64,000 nucleotides of DNA, taken from NCBI GenBank assembly GCA_964554645.1, contig CAZKPK010000001.1, forward strand, positions 3,697 through 67,696, read 5' to 3'. The position numbers were made by a program, and so were the translations under genes. Position 1 is the stretch's first letter; every line of letters starts with the position of its first letter. The DNA is from an uncultured Candidatus Saccharibacteria bacterium. Lineage in GTDB: Bacteria; Patescibacteriota; Minisyncoccia; Phycocordibacterales; UBA9973. The notes under the pieces are model-generated. The model saw nothing but the letters and a program-made list of their open reading frames with translations. It had not been told where the DNA came from and searched no databases. Positions 9,523 to 17,483 of this stretch are shown in pieces.

Positions 9523-9596
9523 GGGGTACTCCGACTTCAGTCGGAGTGGGGTGGATGTATGAGGGGTGACCCGATGACCATCGGGTCGGGGTGGAT
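9510..9596 (-). repeat. family A repeat, tandem pair in inverted orientation
   Basis: ATTCCCCTCTTGAGGGGTA-CTCCGACTTCAGTCGGAG-TGGGGTGGAT + GTATGAGGGGTG-ACCCGATGACCATCGGGT-CGGGGTGGAT; reverse complement of family A consensus. Confidence 0.9.
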
Positions 9597-9665
9597 AGCT
9601 GTAGAACCAGAGTTATGCACATTATATTTCACTTAAGTTTGTTTTTGTAATATAATTAAGATACG

Positions 9666-10271
9666 ATGGAGCAGAGTTTCCAAACATCATTTATACCTAA
9701 AAAACCGATAGTGAAAGAACGCGCCATTCCGGCGCGACCTATTGGTATTTTTATCATCATTACTATTTTTGTTTTATTCACCGTGCTTTTGGCAACCGTC
9801 GCTCTTTATTTCTATAAAGGGATTTTGGCAAAGAACATTACGCAAATGGAGAATGACTTAAATCTGGCTAAAAATCGTTTTGAACCTTCTAAAATAACGG
9901 AGCTCCAGCTATTAGACAAGCGTCTGCGCGCATCAAGTGAAGTTCTGTCTCATCATATAGCTATCACGCCTGTCTTTCAAGCATTGCAAGCCATTACTAT
10001 GAAAACTGTCCGTTATACTAAGTTCAGTTATGATTTTGGGAATACGAAAGATGCGAAAGATACGAAAGTGATTATCAAATTAAGCGGCCAGGCAGTCGGT
10101 TATCGCTCGGTTGCTCTGCAATCTGATCTTTTTGCTAAAAATAAAAATTTAATTGATCCAGTTTTTTCCAACCTGGCGCTTGATGACAAAGGCAATGTCC
10201 TTTTTGATCTGGAATTTTCGGTCGATCCGTCTTTGGTTGATTATAAGCAAATGCTCTTAACCCAAAGTTAA
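9666..10271 (+). CDS. PilN-like pilus assembly membrane protein
   Basis: 201 aa; single TM (IGIFIIITIFVLFTVLLATVALYF); position in pilM-N-O series; call is position/topology based. Confidence 0.55.
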   Translation: MEQSFQTSFIPKKPIVKERAIPARPIGIFIIITIFVLFTVLLATVALYFYKGILAKNITQMENDLNLAKNRFEPSKITELQLLDKRLRASSEVLSHHIAITPVFQALQAITMKTVRYTKFSYDFGNTKDAKDTKVIIKLSGQAVGYRSVALQSDLFAKNKNLIDPVFSNLALDDKGNVLFDLEFSVDPSLVDYKQMLLTQS

Positions 10272-10276
10272 TTTTT

Positions 10277-10897
10277 ATGATGCGATTTATTCTGCCAATT
10301 ATTTTGTTAGGAATCAGCGTGGCTGTTTTTATCATGTTCTCTAATCCTATTTACAATGATATTGGGGGATTGCGCGCGCAGACAGCGTCCTTCAATGAAG
10401 CGCTAAATAATTCCAAAATGCTTGAAAATGAACGAGATAAATTAACTTCCAAATATAATTCTATTGATATAGATAATTTAGCAAAACTCCAAAAGCTTTT
10501 GCCGGAAAATATTGACAATATACGCTTGATTCTTGAGATAGAACAGATAGCCTTGCCTTACGGCATGGCCTTGAAGGATGTAAAATACAATGCGACAGCT
10601 GACAAAGATAAAGCAAGCTCTGCGTCTCCTGTAGCCGGGGTTGCGCAAGGTGGCGAAACGGTCCAATCTTCTTCCAAAGATTATGGAGTTTGGGATTTGG
10701 AGTTTTCCACAACCGGTGCTTACAGCAATTTTCTTAATTTTACAAGAGATCTGGAAAGCAATCTTCGAATTGTCGATATATCATCAATTGCTTTTTCATC
10801 TGATACGAGTAGTGATTCCAGTTCGGCCCCCAAGTCTCCGTCTACCGAATCTTATAAATATAATTTTAAAATTAAGACTTACTGGCTAAAAAATTGA
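10277..10897 (+). CDS. PilO-like pilus assembly membrane protein
   Basis: 206 aa; N-terminal TM then coiled coil (LRAQTASFNEALNNSKMLENERDKL); position based. Confidence 0.55.
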   Translation: MMRFILPIILLGISVAVFIMFSNPIYNDIGGLRAQTASFNEALNNSKMLENERDKLTSKYNSIDIDNLAKLQKLLPENIDNIRLILEIEQIALPYGMALKDVKYNATADKDKASSASPVAGVAQGGETVQSSSKDYGVWDLEFSTTGAYSNFLNFTRDLESNLRIVDISSIAFSSDTSSDSSSAPKSPSTESYKYNFKIKTYWLKN

Positions 10898-10973
10898 AAT
10901 AATTTCGCCCGAGCCGGAAAGGCTTTAGGGCTAAAAAATTAAAATTCCAATAGAGCGAACATAAAATAAAAAA

Positions 10974-11399
10974 ATGCCAAAAATAAGAAACATCATAATA
11001 TTTATAGCCATCGGAGCAGCCTTCGTTTTAATTTATGTTTTTTTTATAAAAAATCCTCCCGGTGATGATATAGCTCCCCTGATTTCCTCTTCGCAGACTT
11101 CGGCGATCTCGAATACAAATACAACAACGGGGAACGTAAATGGGATTGCCGCTCAAGATTTTCTAAGTTTGCTCTTGAGTGTTAAAAATATAAAATTAAA
11201 TGACACTATCTTTTCTGATGATGCATTTACCAGTTTGCGTGATTCTAGCATTACACTTACCCCGGATGGAAATGAAGGCAGACCAAATCCATTCGCTCCA
11301 ATCGGCGCTGATATTTTGCCGCCGGCGAATGCCAACACCCCAACGGGACAGACCGGAAGCGGAGGCGCTGGAACCGGAGTTCCCGCCTTGCCTCAATAA
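10974..11399 (+). CDS. hypothetical membrane-anchored protein of pilus cluster
   Basis: 141 aa; N-terminal TM IIIFIAIGAAFVLIYVFF, low-complexity Pro/Gly/Thr C-terminus. Confidence 0.55.
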   Translation: MPKIRNIIIFIAIGAAFVLIYVFFIKNPPGDDIAPLISSSQTSAISNTNTTTGNVNGIAAQDFLSLLLSVKNIKLNDTIFSDDAFTSLRDSSITLTPDGNEGRPNPFAPIGADILPPANANTPTGQTGSGGAGTGVPALPQ

Positions 11400-11402
11400 A
11401 TT

Positions 11403-13151
11403 ATGAGTTTTTTAGAAGAACTAGCTAAAGAAGAGGTAATTAAAAAAAGCCAAATAGGCGAGATTAAAAACCGCGCGCAAGAGAAATTTGGAGGAGACAT
11501 AGATGAAGCCTTAATTGAATCCGGGATAACGGAGGAAAAAATTCTTGAAGTCAAAGGAAAATATCTGCAAATGCCGGTAAAGAAAGTGGCCAAGGATAAA
11601 TTGACTTTTGATGCTCTAAAATATATCTCGGAAGATTCAGCGACACACTATCATTTTGCTCCGATCGAGTTGCGAGAAGGAGTGCTAGAAGTGGGCGTTA
11701 CAAATCCGGAAAATATGCAAGCGATGAATGCGTTGCAATTTATCTCTGCCAAACTAGGCATTCCGTTCAAAGTGTATTTGATTTCTAAAAGTGATTACGA
11801 AAGCGTCATGGAGACTTATAAAGGCATAGGGAGCCAGGTGGAAGAAGCGCTCAGTGAGTTGGATCAAGAAGAGATAGCTAAAGCTGGAGGTCTGAGTGAA
11901 GAAAATTTAAGTAAAGAAATTAAGAATATAAAGCCGGGTGAAGAAACAAAAATAGTGGAAGATGCGCCAGTCATAAAAATCGTGGCGGTTATATTGCGTA
12001 ATGCCATAGAAGGCAATGCCTCCGATATCCATATTGAATACACTGGAGAAAAAGTGAAAGTGCGTTTTCGCGTGGATGGAAGTTTGCATACCACCATAGT
12101 GTTGCCTCCGAACATTTACGGCGGAATAATAGCACGTATAAAAATTTTGGCCAAGCTTCGACTGGACGAAAAAAGAAAACCTCAAGATGGATCGTTTAGC
12201 GCCAATATTGACGGACGCAAGGTTGATTTTCGCGTTTCTACCATGCCGGCGTATTATGGCGAGAAAGTTGCGATGCGTATTCTAGATTCCGAAAAAGGGG
12301 TCAAGCCTTTGGATCAATTGGGTTTATCAGAAACCAATCTCAAGATGATCCGAGAAGCGCTAAAATTGCCATACGGACTTATTTTAATCACTGGCCCAAC
12401 GGGATCAGGAAAATCTACGACCTTATATTCAATGATGAATGAACTCGATCGGGAAAAAAGCAATATTGTGTCTCTAGAAGATCCAGTGGAATATCATATG
12501 TCTGATATTAACCAATCGCAGATGATGCCGGAGATCGGATATACTTTCGCTTCCGGACTTCGTTCTATTCTCCGCCAGGACCCGGATATAATAATGGTTG
12601 GAGAAATTCGCGACAAAGAAACAGCCCAGCTGGCTATTCAAGCGGCTTTAACCGGGCACCTGGTTCTTTCTACGCTTCACACGAACAATGCTATTGGGGC
12701 AGTGCCTCGCCTGGTTGATATGGGGGTTGATCCGTATTTGATTGCGCCCACTCTTATTCTTTCCATTGCTCAACGTCTGGCCAGACTGACTTGCCCAAGT
12801 TCTCGAAAACTTATTCCGATGGACGAAAGCATTAAAATGCAGATCGAAGAGCAATTAAAAGATTTACCGAATGAATTTAAAAAAGAAATTGGAGTAAAGG
12901 GACAGATGTATGACACGGTTCCCTCGAACGAATGTCCTTCTGGCACCAGAGGGCGGATTGCTATTTTTGAAATGTTTAAAATAGACAAAGAAATGCAGAA
13001 TGTGATATTGAAAAGCCCGACGAATGGAGAAATCTACAGAGTCGCCCGCAAAAAAGGAATGCTAATGATGAAAGAAGATGCCATGCTTAAGTCCGTCAAA
13101 GGCATTATTCCTTTTACGGAAGTTTATAACTTTAGCAATGAGAATGAATAG
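11403..13151 (+). CDS. pilB: type IV pilus assembly ATPase PilB (GspE family)
   Basis: 582 aa; Walker A GPTGSGKSTTLY, LRQDPDIIMVGEIRD, tetracysteine-like region. Confidence 0.95.
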   Translation: MSFLEELAKEEVIKKSQIGEIKNRAQEKFGGDIDEALIESGITEEKILEVKGKYLQMPVKKVAKDKLTFDALKYISEDSATHYHFAPIELREGVLEVGVTNPENMQAMNALQFISAKLGIPFKVYLISKSDYESVMETYKGIGSQVEEALSELDQEEIAKAGGLSEENLSKEIKNIKPGEETKIVEDAPVIKIVAVILRNAIEGNASDIHIEYTGEKVKVRFRVDGSLHTTIVLPPNIYGGIIARIKILAKLRLDEKRKPQDGSFSANIDGRKVDFRVSTMPAYYGEKVAMRILDSEKGVKPLDQLGLSETNLKMIREALKLPYGLILITGPTGSGKSTTLYSMMNELDREKSNIVSLEDPVEYHMSDINQSQMMPEIGYTFASGLRSILRQDPDIIMVGEIRDKETAQLAIQAALTGHLVLSTLHTNNAIGAVPRLVDMGVDPYLIAPTLILSIAQRLARLTCPSSRKLIPMDESIKMQIEEQLKDLPNEFKKEIGVKGQMYDTVPSNECPSGTRGRIAIFEMFKIDKEMQNVILKSPTNGEIYRVARKKGMLMMKEDAMLKSVKGIIPFTEVYNFSNENE

Positions 13152-13227
13152 ACGGAGTTGTTCACCAAGTGTTATTTGAAAGTAATTTGTAGTATAATTG
13201 ATTATTAGTTAATAGAGGTAAAAATAT

Positions 13228-13620
13228 ATGGAAAAAGAAAAAAGAAAAATTTTTATAGTTGATGACGATAGTTTTCTTCTAGATATGTATGCGCTTAAAT
13301 TTAGCCAAAATAATTTTGAAGTTTATACAGCAGTGAGCGGTGCGCAAGTAATAGAAAAGCTTCAGGGCGGACTCCGTCCGGATGTTATGCTGATAGATAT
13401 AATTATGCCGGAGATGGACGGTTTTGAGATGTTGGAAAAAATAAATGCCGACAAATTATCTCCGAATTCTGTCAAAATTATTTTGTCCAACAAAAGCCAA
13501 CAATCGGATATTGATCGAGGCAATAATTTGGGAGTAGCGGGCTATATTATAAAGGCTAATTCTACCCCAGTAGAAGTGATTAGTCAGATAACAAGCATTT
13601 TAGAGAAAAAAGCCAAGTAA
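13228..13620 (+). CDS. stand-alone response regulator receiver protein
   Basis: 130 aa; FIVDDDS, DVMLIDIIMPEMDG (phospho-Asp), GYIIKA. Confidence 0.9.
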   Translation: MEKEKRKIFIVDDDSFLLDMYALKFSQNNFEVYTAVSGAQVIEKLQGGLRPDVMLIDIIMPEMDGFEMLEKINADKLSPNSVKIILSNKSQQSDIDRGNNLGVAGYIIKANSTPVEVISQITSILEKKAK

Positions 13621-13625
13621 GCCAT

Positions 13626-14684
13626 ATGGATTATAAGAAAAAACTTGAAGAACTTATTTTGACCGTTATTCGCGAAAACGGATCGGACTTGCATTTAGGC
13701 ACTGGAAGAGTGCCAGTTATTCGCGTGTCGGGAGAATTGATATTTCTTGCCAAGCAACCAGTTTTTACAAAAGAAGATATGATTGGAATTTTGAGTGAAG
13801 TGTTGGAGAAAGCGAAAGTCCAGAAATTTATGGAAAGTCAGGAAGCCGATTTCTCTTATGATTTCCGCGGGGAAGCGCGGTTGCGCGGCAATGCTTTTTT
13901 TCAGAAAGGTCTAATCTGCGTGGTTTTTCGATTGGTGCCGAAAGTAAAGACTATCGCCGAATTGCATTTACCTGCCATTGTTGCAGATCTTGCCCGTAAA
14001 AAGCAAGGTTTTTTTCTAGTAGTTGGTCCCGTTGGGCAGGGCAAGTCGACCACTCTGGCCGCGATGGTGGATCTAATCAACAATGAAAAGGCGCGCAATA
14101 TCATAACAATTGAAGACCCGATTGAACATGTCTATGTGCCCAATAAATCCATCATCAGCCAGCGCGAAGTCGGTATTGACACCGCCGACTTTCATCTGGC
14201 GCTTAAATCGGCTTTCCGAGAGGATGTAAATGTAATAATGATAGGCGAAATGCGCACGCCAGAAACGATAGCGACTGCCGTAACTGCCGCCGAAACCGGA
14301 CACCTGGTGCTTTCCACTTTGCACACCAATAACGCTTCTCAGACCATAGACAGGATTATCGACTCTTTTCCGGGCAGTCAACAAGATCAAATTCGCTCCC
14401 AGCTTGCCGCCTCGCTGCTGGGTATTTTTTCTCAAAGGCTGATCCCTCGAATTACCGGCGGACTTATTCCCGCCTTTGAGCTTCTTTTAAATAATAGCGC
14501 CGTGTCAAATTTAATTCGGGAGAAACGCACGCATGAAATAGACGTGGTCATAGAAACAGGGATGGAATCCGGCATGATTGACTTGAACCATTCCTTGATG
14601 GAGCTGGTGCGCGCCGGAGAAATTACGATTGAGAACGCTTACCAGTATTCTCTCAATCCTAAGGGTTTGGAACGGATGATTTAA
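13626..14684 (+). CDS. pilT: twitching motility ATPase PilT
   Basis: 352 aa; GPVGQGKSTTLA, FREDVNVIMIGEMR, GHLVLSTLHTN. Confidence 0.95.
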   Translation: MDYKKKLEELILTVIRENGSDLHLGTGRVPVIRVSGELIFLAKQPVFTKEDMIGILSEVLEKAKVQKFMESQEADFSYDFRGEARLRGNAFFQKGLICVVFRLVPKVKTIAELHLPAIVADLARKKQGFFLVVGPVGQGKSTTLAAMVDLINNEKARNIITIEDPIEHVYVPNKSIISQREVGIDTADFHLALKSAFREDVNVIMIGEMRTPETIATAVTAAETGHLVLSTLHTNNASQTIDRIIDSFPGSQQDQIRSQLAASLLGIFSQRLIPRITGGLIPAFELLLNNSAVSNLIREKRTHEIDVVIETGMESGMIDLNHSLMELVRAGEITIENAYQYSLNPKGLERMI

Positions 14685-14689
14685 AAAGA

Positions 14690-14732
14690 CCACAGGTCAG
14701 ACCTGTGGGATTCCCATAGGTCTGACCTATGG
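14690..14732. repeat. family B palindromes, tandem pair (REP-like)
   Basis: CCACAGGTCAGACCTGTGG (14690-14708) and CCCATAGGTCTGACCTATGG (14713-14732) between pilT stop and pilC start. Confidence 0.9.
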
Positions 14733-14744
14733 AACAATAAAGAT

Positions 14745-15953
14745 ATGTTATTCAAATACAAAGCGGTAGATCCTGAGGGTTTAAATAAAGAAGGAGAGAT
14801 TGACGCAACCAATCGCGATCTGGCGATAAGCGGTTTGCAGAGAAGAGGGTTGGTGATTATTTCCATCCAAGATGAAACAGAGCGCAAGTCTATTTTTTCA
14901 GTTTCTTTTTTTGAAAAAGTTTCCAATAAAGATGTAGTTATTCTTTCCCGCCAGATCGCGACTTTATTTGAAGCGCAAGTTTCGGCGCTGAAAGCCTTTA
15001 CGATGCTGGCGGCCAACGCGGAAAATAAGCTTCTGGGCCGCAAGCTGACCGTTATTGGCGATGATCTTCAAGCGGGGGTTTCCATTTCCGGCGCATTGGC
15101 GAAGCATCCGGATGTATTTTCCAGTTTTTATGTGAATATGGTCAAAGTGGGCGAGGAAACCGGAAAACTTGATCAGACCTTTCTATACTTGGCGGAGTAT
15201 TTAGATCGCCAATATTCCCTTACTTCCAAGACCAGAAATGCGCTTATTTATCCGGTTTTTGTGATTATTACGTTTTTTGTGGTTATGACTCTGATGTTTG
15301 TTGTGGTGATTCCAAAACTCTCTTCAATTATCCTGGATTCAGGGCAAGCAATACCGGTTTATACAAAAATAGTCATCGCAATTTCCAATCTTTTTGTTCA
15401 CTATGGTTTCTTTGTTTTGATTTTTTTGGTCTTGCTGGGCATCTGGGTTTGGAGATTATCTTCTACGGAAAAAGGGAAAGCGTATCTTGATTCATTAAAA
15501 CTCTCTACGCCGGCTGTAGGTAATTTATACAGGAAGCTTTTTCTTTCCAGAATGACGGACAGTTTAAATACCATGATTTCTTCCGGTATTCCAATAGTTC
15601 GGGCGATAGATATTACGGCCGAAGTTGTCGGCAGTCGCGTCTACAGAGGACTTCTAGGAGAGGTAGCGGATGAAGTAAAATCCGGTCTGGCGCTCTCTGT
15701 GGCGCTGGCCAGACATAAAGAAGAAATACCCAGTATTTTGGTGCAGATGGTGCAGGTGGGGGAGGAAACTGGTTCATTGGGGGCTATTTTAAAAACCTTG
15801 ACCAATTTCTATAAGCGCGAAGTGGATGATGCGATTGATACGTTAGTGGGCCTGATAGAACCGGTAATGATCGTGGTTTTGGGTCTCGGAGTGGGCATAC
15901 TCCTAGTTTCCGTATTAGGGCCAATTTACAATATGGCTGGAGGAATCAGTTAG
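14745..15953 (+). CDS. pilC: type IV pilus platform protein PilC (GspF family)
   Basis: 402 aa; duplicated GspF domains (MVKVGEETGKLD / MVQVGEETGSLG), 3 TM. Confidence 0.95.
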   Translation: MLFKYKAVDPEGLNKEGEIDATNRDLAISGLQRRGLVIISIQDETERKSIFSVSFFEKVSNKDVVILSRQIATLFEAQVSALKAFTMLAANAENKLLGRKLTVIGDDLQAGVSISGALAKHPDVFSSFYVNMVKVGEETGKLDQTFLYLAEYLDRQYSLTSKTRNALIYPVFVIITFFVVMTLMFVVVIPKLSSIILDSGQAIPVYTKIVIAISNLFVHYGFFVLIFLVLLGIWVWRLSSTEKGKAYLDSLKLSTPAVGNLYRKLFLSRMTDSLNTMISSGIPIVRAIDITAEVVGSRVYRGLLGEVADEVKSGLALSVALARHKEEIPSILVQMVQVGEETGSLGAILKTLTNFYKREVDDAIDTLVGLIEPVMIVVLGLGVGILLVSVLGPIYNMAGGIS

Positions 15954-15957
15954 GATT

Positions 15958-16059
15958 GATTCTCCTCTTGAGGAGTACTCCGACTCAGGTCGGAGGGAGG
16001 TGGATGAGTTTTTCCACCCCGTCCTTTGATTACAAAGTCCACCCCTCAAGAGGGGAATC
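15958..16059. repeat. family A inverted doublet (REPIN-like)
   Basis: Reverse unit GATTCTCCTCTTGAGGAG..GGGAGGTGGAT (15958-16005) faces forward unit TCCACCCC..CCCCTCAAGAGGGGAATC (16013-16059); 18-nt terminal inverted repeats, 2 mismatches. Confidence 0.9.
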
Positions 16060-16134
16060 GCTACCCCTGTGGATAACTTTCTTGCATGTTTTTTTGCCTC
16101 TATATGATATAATTACTCCATTAGAAAAATATTT

Positions 16135-16162
16135 CAGCCATAGGCTGATCCGCCTTAGGCGG
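16135..16162 (-). repeat. family D double-hairpin repeat
   Basis: CAGCCATAGGCTGATCCGCCTTAGGCGG = reverse complement of CCGCC-TAA-GGCGG-AT-CAGCC-TAT-GGCTG. Confidence 0.8.
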
Positions 16163-16203
16163 AAAAAATAAGTCGAAAATATATTATTATTAGTTAATTA
16201 TTA

Positions 16204-16233
16204 TTGACTTGCCCCGCTGGGGCGGGGTAGATA
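16204..16233 (+). promoter_or_regulatory. promoter-like element with GC hairpin just upstream of major pilin gene
   Basis: TTGACT (16204-16209), hairpin CCCCGC-TGGG-GCGGGG (16212-16227), TAGATA (16228-16233), ATG at 16242. Confidence 0.35.
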
Positions 16234-16241
16234 AATAAATT

Positions 16242-16706
16242 ATGAAGAATTTTAAAAAAGGTTTTACATTAATTGAACTCTTGGTCGTAGTAGCCATCAT
16301 CGGCATTTTGGCGTCGGTTGTCTTGGCGTCGTTGAATACAGCAAGGACAAAAGGTAAGGACGGAGCTGCACAAACATCCATAGCTAGTGTTAAAGCTCAA
16401 GCTGAAATTTTCTTTACTACTAATTATGGGACTGCGGGTACTATAACTGACGCATCTTCAGCTGGAACTACAAGTGCTTGTGATCAGGCCCAAGTTATAA
16501 ATATTCTTAAGTCTGTAAAAGGAAATACTGGTAGTACCGCAACTTGTGCAGTTGGTCTAGATGGTGCAACATGGGTAGCATGGAGTCAACTAGCTTCACA
16601 GACCTCACCAGCAAACTTCTGTGCGGATAGTACAGGTTTTAGTGGTTCTCGTACAGTTGCTCCTACGTCAGCAGTTACTGCTGCTGTGAGTTGTGCATCT
16701 AGTTAG
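16242..16706 (+). CDS. type IV major pilin (prepilin N-terminal methylation domain)
   Basis: 154 aa; MKNFKKG|FTLIELLVVVAIIGILASVVL class III signal; paired C-terminal Cys. Confidence 0.93.
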   Translation: MKNFKKGFTLIELLVVVAIIGILASVVLASLNTARTKGKDGAAQTSIASVKAQAEIFFTTNYGTAGTITDASSAGTTSACDQAQVINILKSVKGNTGSTATCAVGLDGATWVAWSQLASQTSPANFCADSTGFSGSRTVAPTSAVTAAVSCASS

Positions 16707-16749
16707 TAGTGCAAGTGCAAGCAAGGATAATCCTTGATATTTAGAAAAA

Positions 16750-16772
16750 CCACCCCAAAAGGGTGGTTTTTT
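16750..16772 (+). terminator. rho-independent terminator after pilin gene
   Basis: CCACCC-CAAAA-GGGTGG followed by TTTTTT. Confidence 0.8.
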
Positions 16773-16877
16773 GTTTGCGTGTTATATTTGGGTTATGGTA
16801 TGATTAAGAGTAAGAATCAAATATGTTTAACTCGCTTACTAGAAAATATTAATAATTAATTTGTGGATACAAATTTT

Positions 16878-16967
16878 ATGATAAATGCATATATATTAGG
16901 AGCTTTAGTACTTATAGCCCTTATTCTTTTGGTTATTCTTGCAAAGAAAAACAATCAAGAAAAGTAG
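16878..16967 (+). CDS. possible 29-aa hydrophobic peptide
   Basis: My translation: MINAYILGALVLIALILLVILAKKNNQEK; bracketed by two near-identical terminators. Confidence 0.25.
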   Translation: MINAYILGALVLIALILLVILAKKNNQEK

Positions 16968-17023
16968 TTTGTTCTAGCTACGGACTAGCTACGGACGTTG
17001 GACGTCCGACGAAGATCAGAAAG

Positions 17024-17050
17024 ACCACTCCCAAAAGGTGGTTTTTTTGT
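17024..17050 (+). terminator. terminator-like hairpin (paralog of 16750)
   Basis: ACCAC-TCCCAAAAG-GTGGT + TTTTTTT; sequence resembles the 16750 terminator. Confidence 0.5.
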
Positions 17051-17062
17051 TTTCTTTGCTTG

Positions 17063-17071
17063 TGGTATAAT
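17063..17071 (+). promoter_or_regulatory. extended -10 (TGgTATAAT) 6 nt upstream of MNT ATG
   Basis: TGGTATAAT-caaaaa-ATG(17078). Confidence 0.45.
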
Positions 17072-17077
17072 CAAAAA

Positions 17078-17470
17078 ATGAATATAAATGAGTTGCAATC
17101 AAAAATGATACCTTTGGCGGAAAAATACAATTTAAAATTAGTTGTTCTTTTTGGTTCGCAGGCTAGTGGACGGACACACAAAAGAAGCGACATAGATATA
17201 GCTGTTATTGGAAAAGTTGCTTTTGATATGACCAGACTCACAATTGATTTTTACAATCTTTTTAATAGAGAAGATGTAGAAATCGTTGATATCAGTAGCG
17301 CTTCGCCCACGACGATGTATGTAGTTGTCCGAGACGGAAAATTGTTATATGAAAGCGAATCCGGGGCTTTTTTGAAATGGAAACTTTATGCAATGTGGGT
17401 TTGGCGAGATACTGCATGGCTAAGAAGATTGCGCGATAAAAAATTGGTAGAGTGGGCCAAAACGGCATAA
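17078..17470 (+). CDS. nucleotidyltransferase-domain antitoxin (MNT/MntA-like)
   Basis: 130 aa from ATG 17078; LFGSQASGRTHKRSDIDIAV (GS..DxD NTase motif). Confidence 0.85.
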   Translation: MNINELQSKMIPLAEKYNLKLVVLFGSQASGRTHKRSDIDIAVIGKVAFDMTRLTIDFYNLFNREDVEIVDISSASPTTMYVVVRDGKLLYESESGAFLKWKLYAMWVWRDTAWLRRLRDKKLVEWAKTA

Positions 17471-17483
17471 TTCAATAATTCAT

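Noticed and set aside
8390-9600. CRISPR array or integron cassette array as explanations for conserved-flank/variable-centre repeats between ORFs
   Set aside because: There is no regular repeat-spacer periodicity and no cas genes. Units occur in both orientations and inside ORFs across the window. There is no integron integrase and no GTTRRRY-type core sites.
14681-15043. 120-aa minus-strand ORF
   Set aside because: It is antisense to pilC and terminates in the family B palindromes (..HRSDLWSF). Artefact of palindromic sequence.
15956-16171. 71-aa ORF between pilC and the pilin gene
   Set aside because: The entire ORF is made of family A and D repeats plus promoter-like sequence. Its peptide duplicates that of the other repeat-derived pseudo-ORFs.
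16974-17010. CTAGCTACGGA x2 and GGACGTCC palindrome as a fourth CTAG heptad array
   Set aside because: The spacing is 11 nt, not 7, there are only two CTAGs, and TAG covers two frames only. It is mentioned under the MNT/HepT cassette finding but not counted as the same element.
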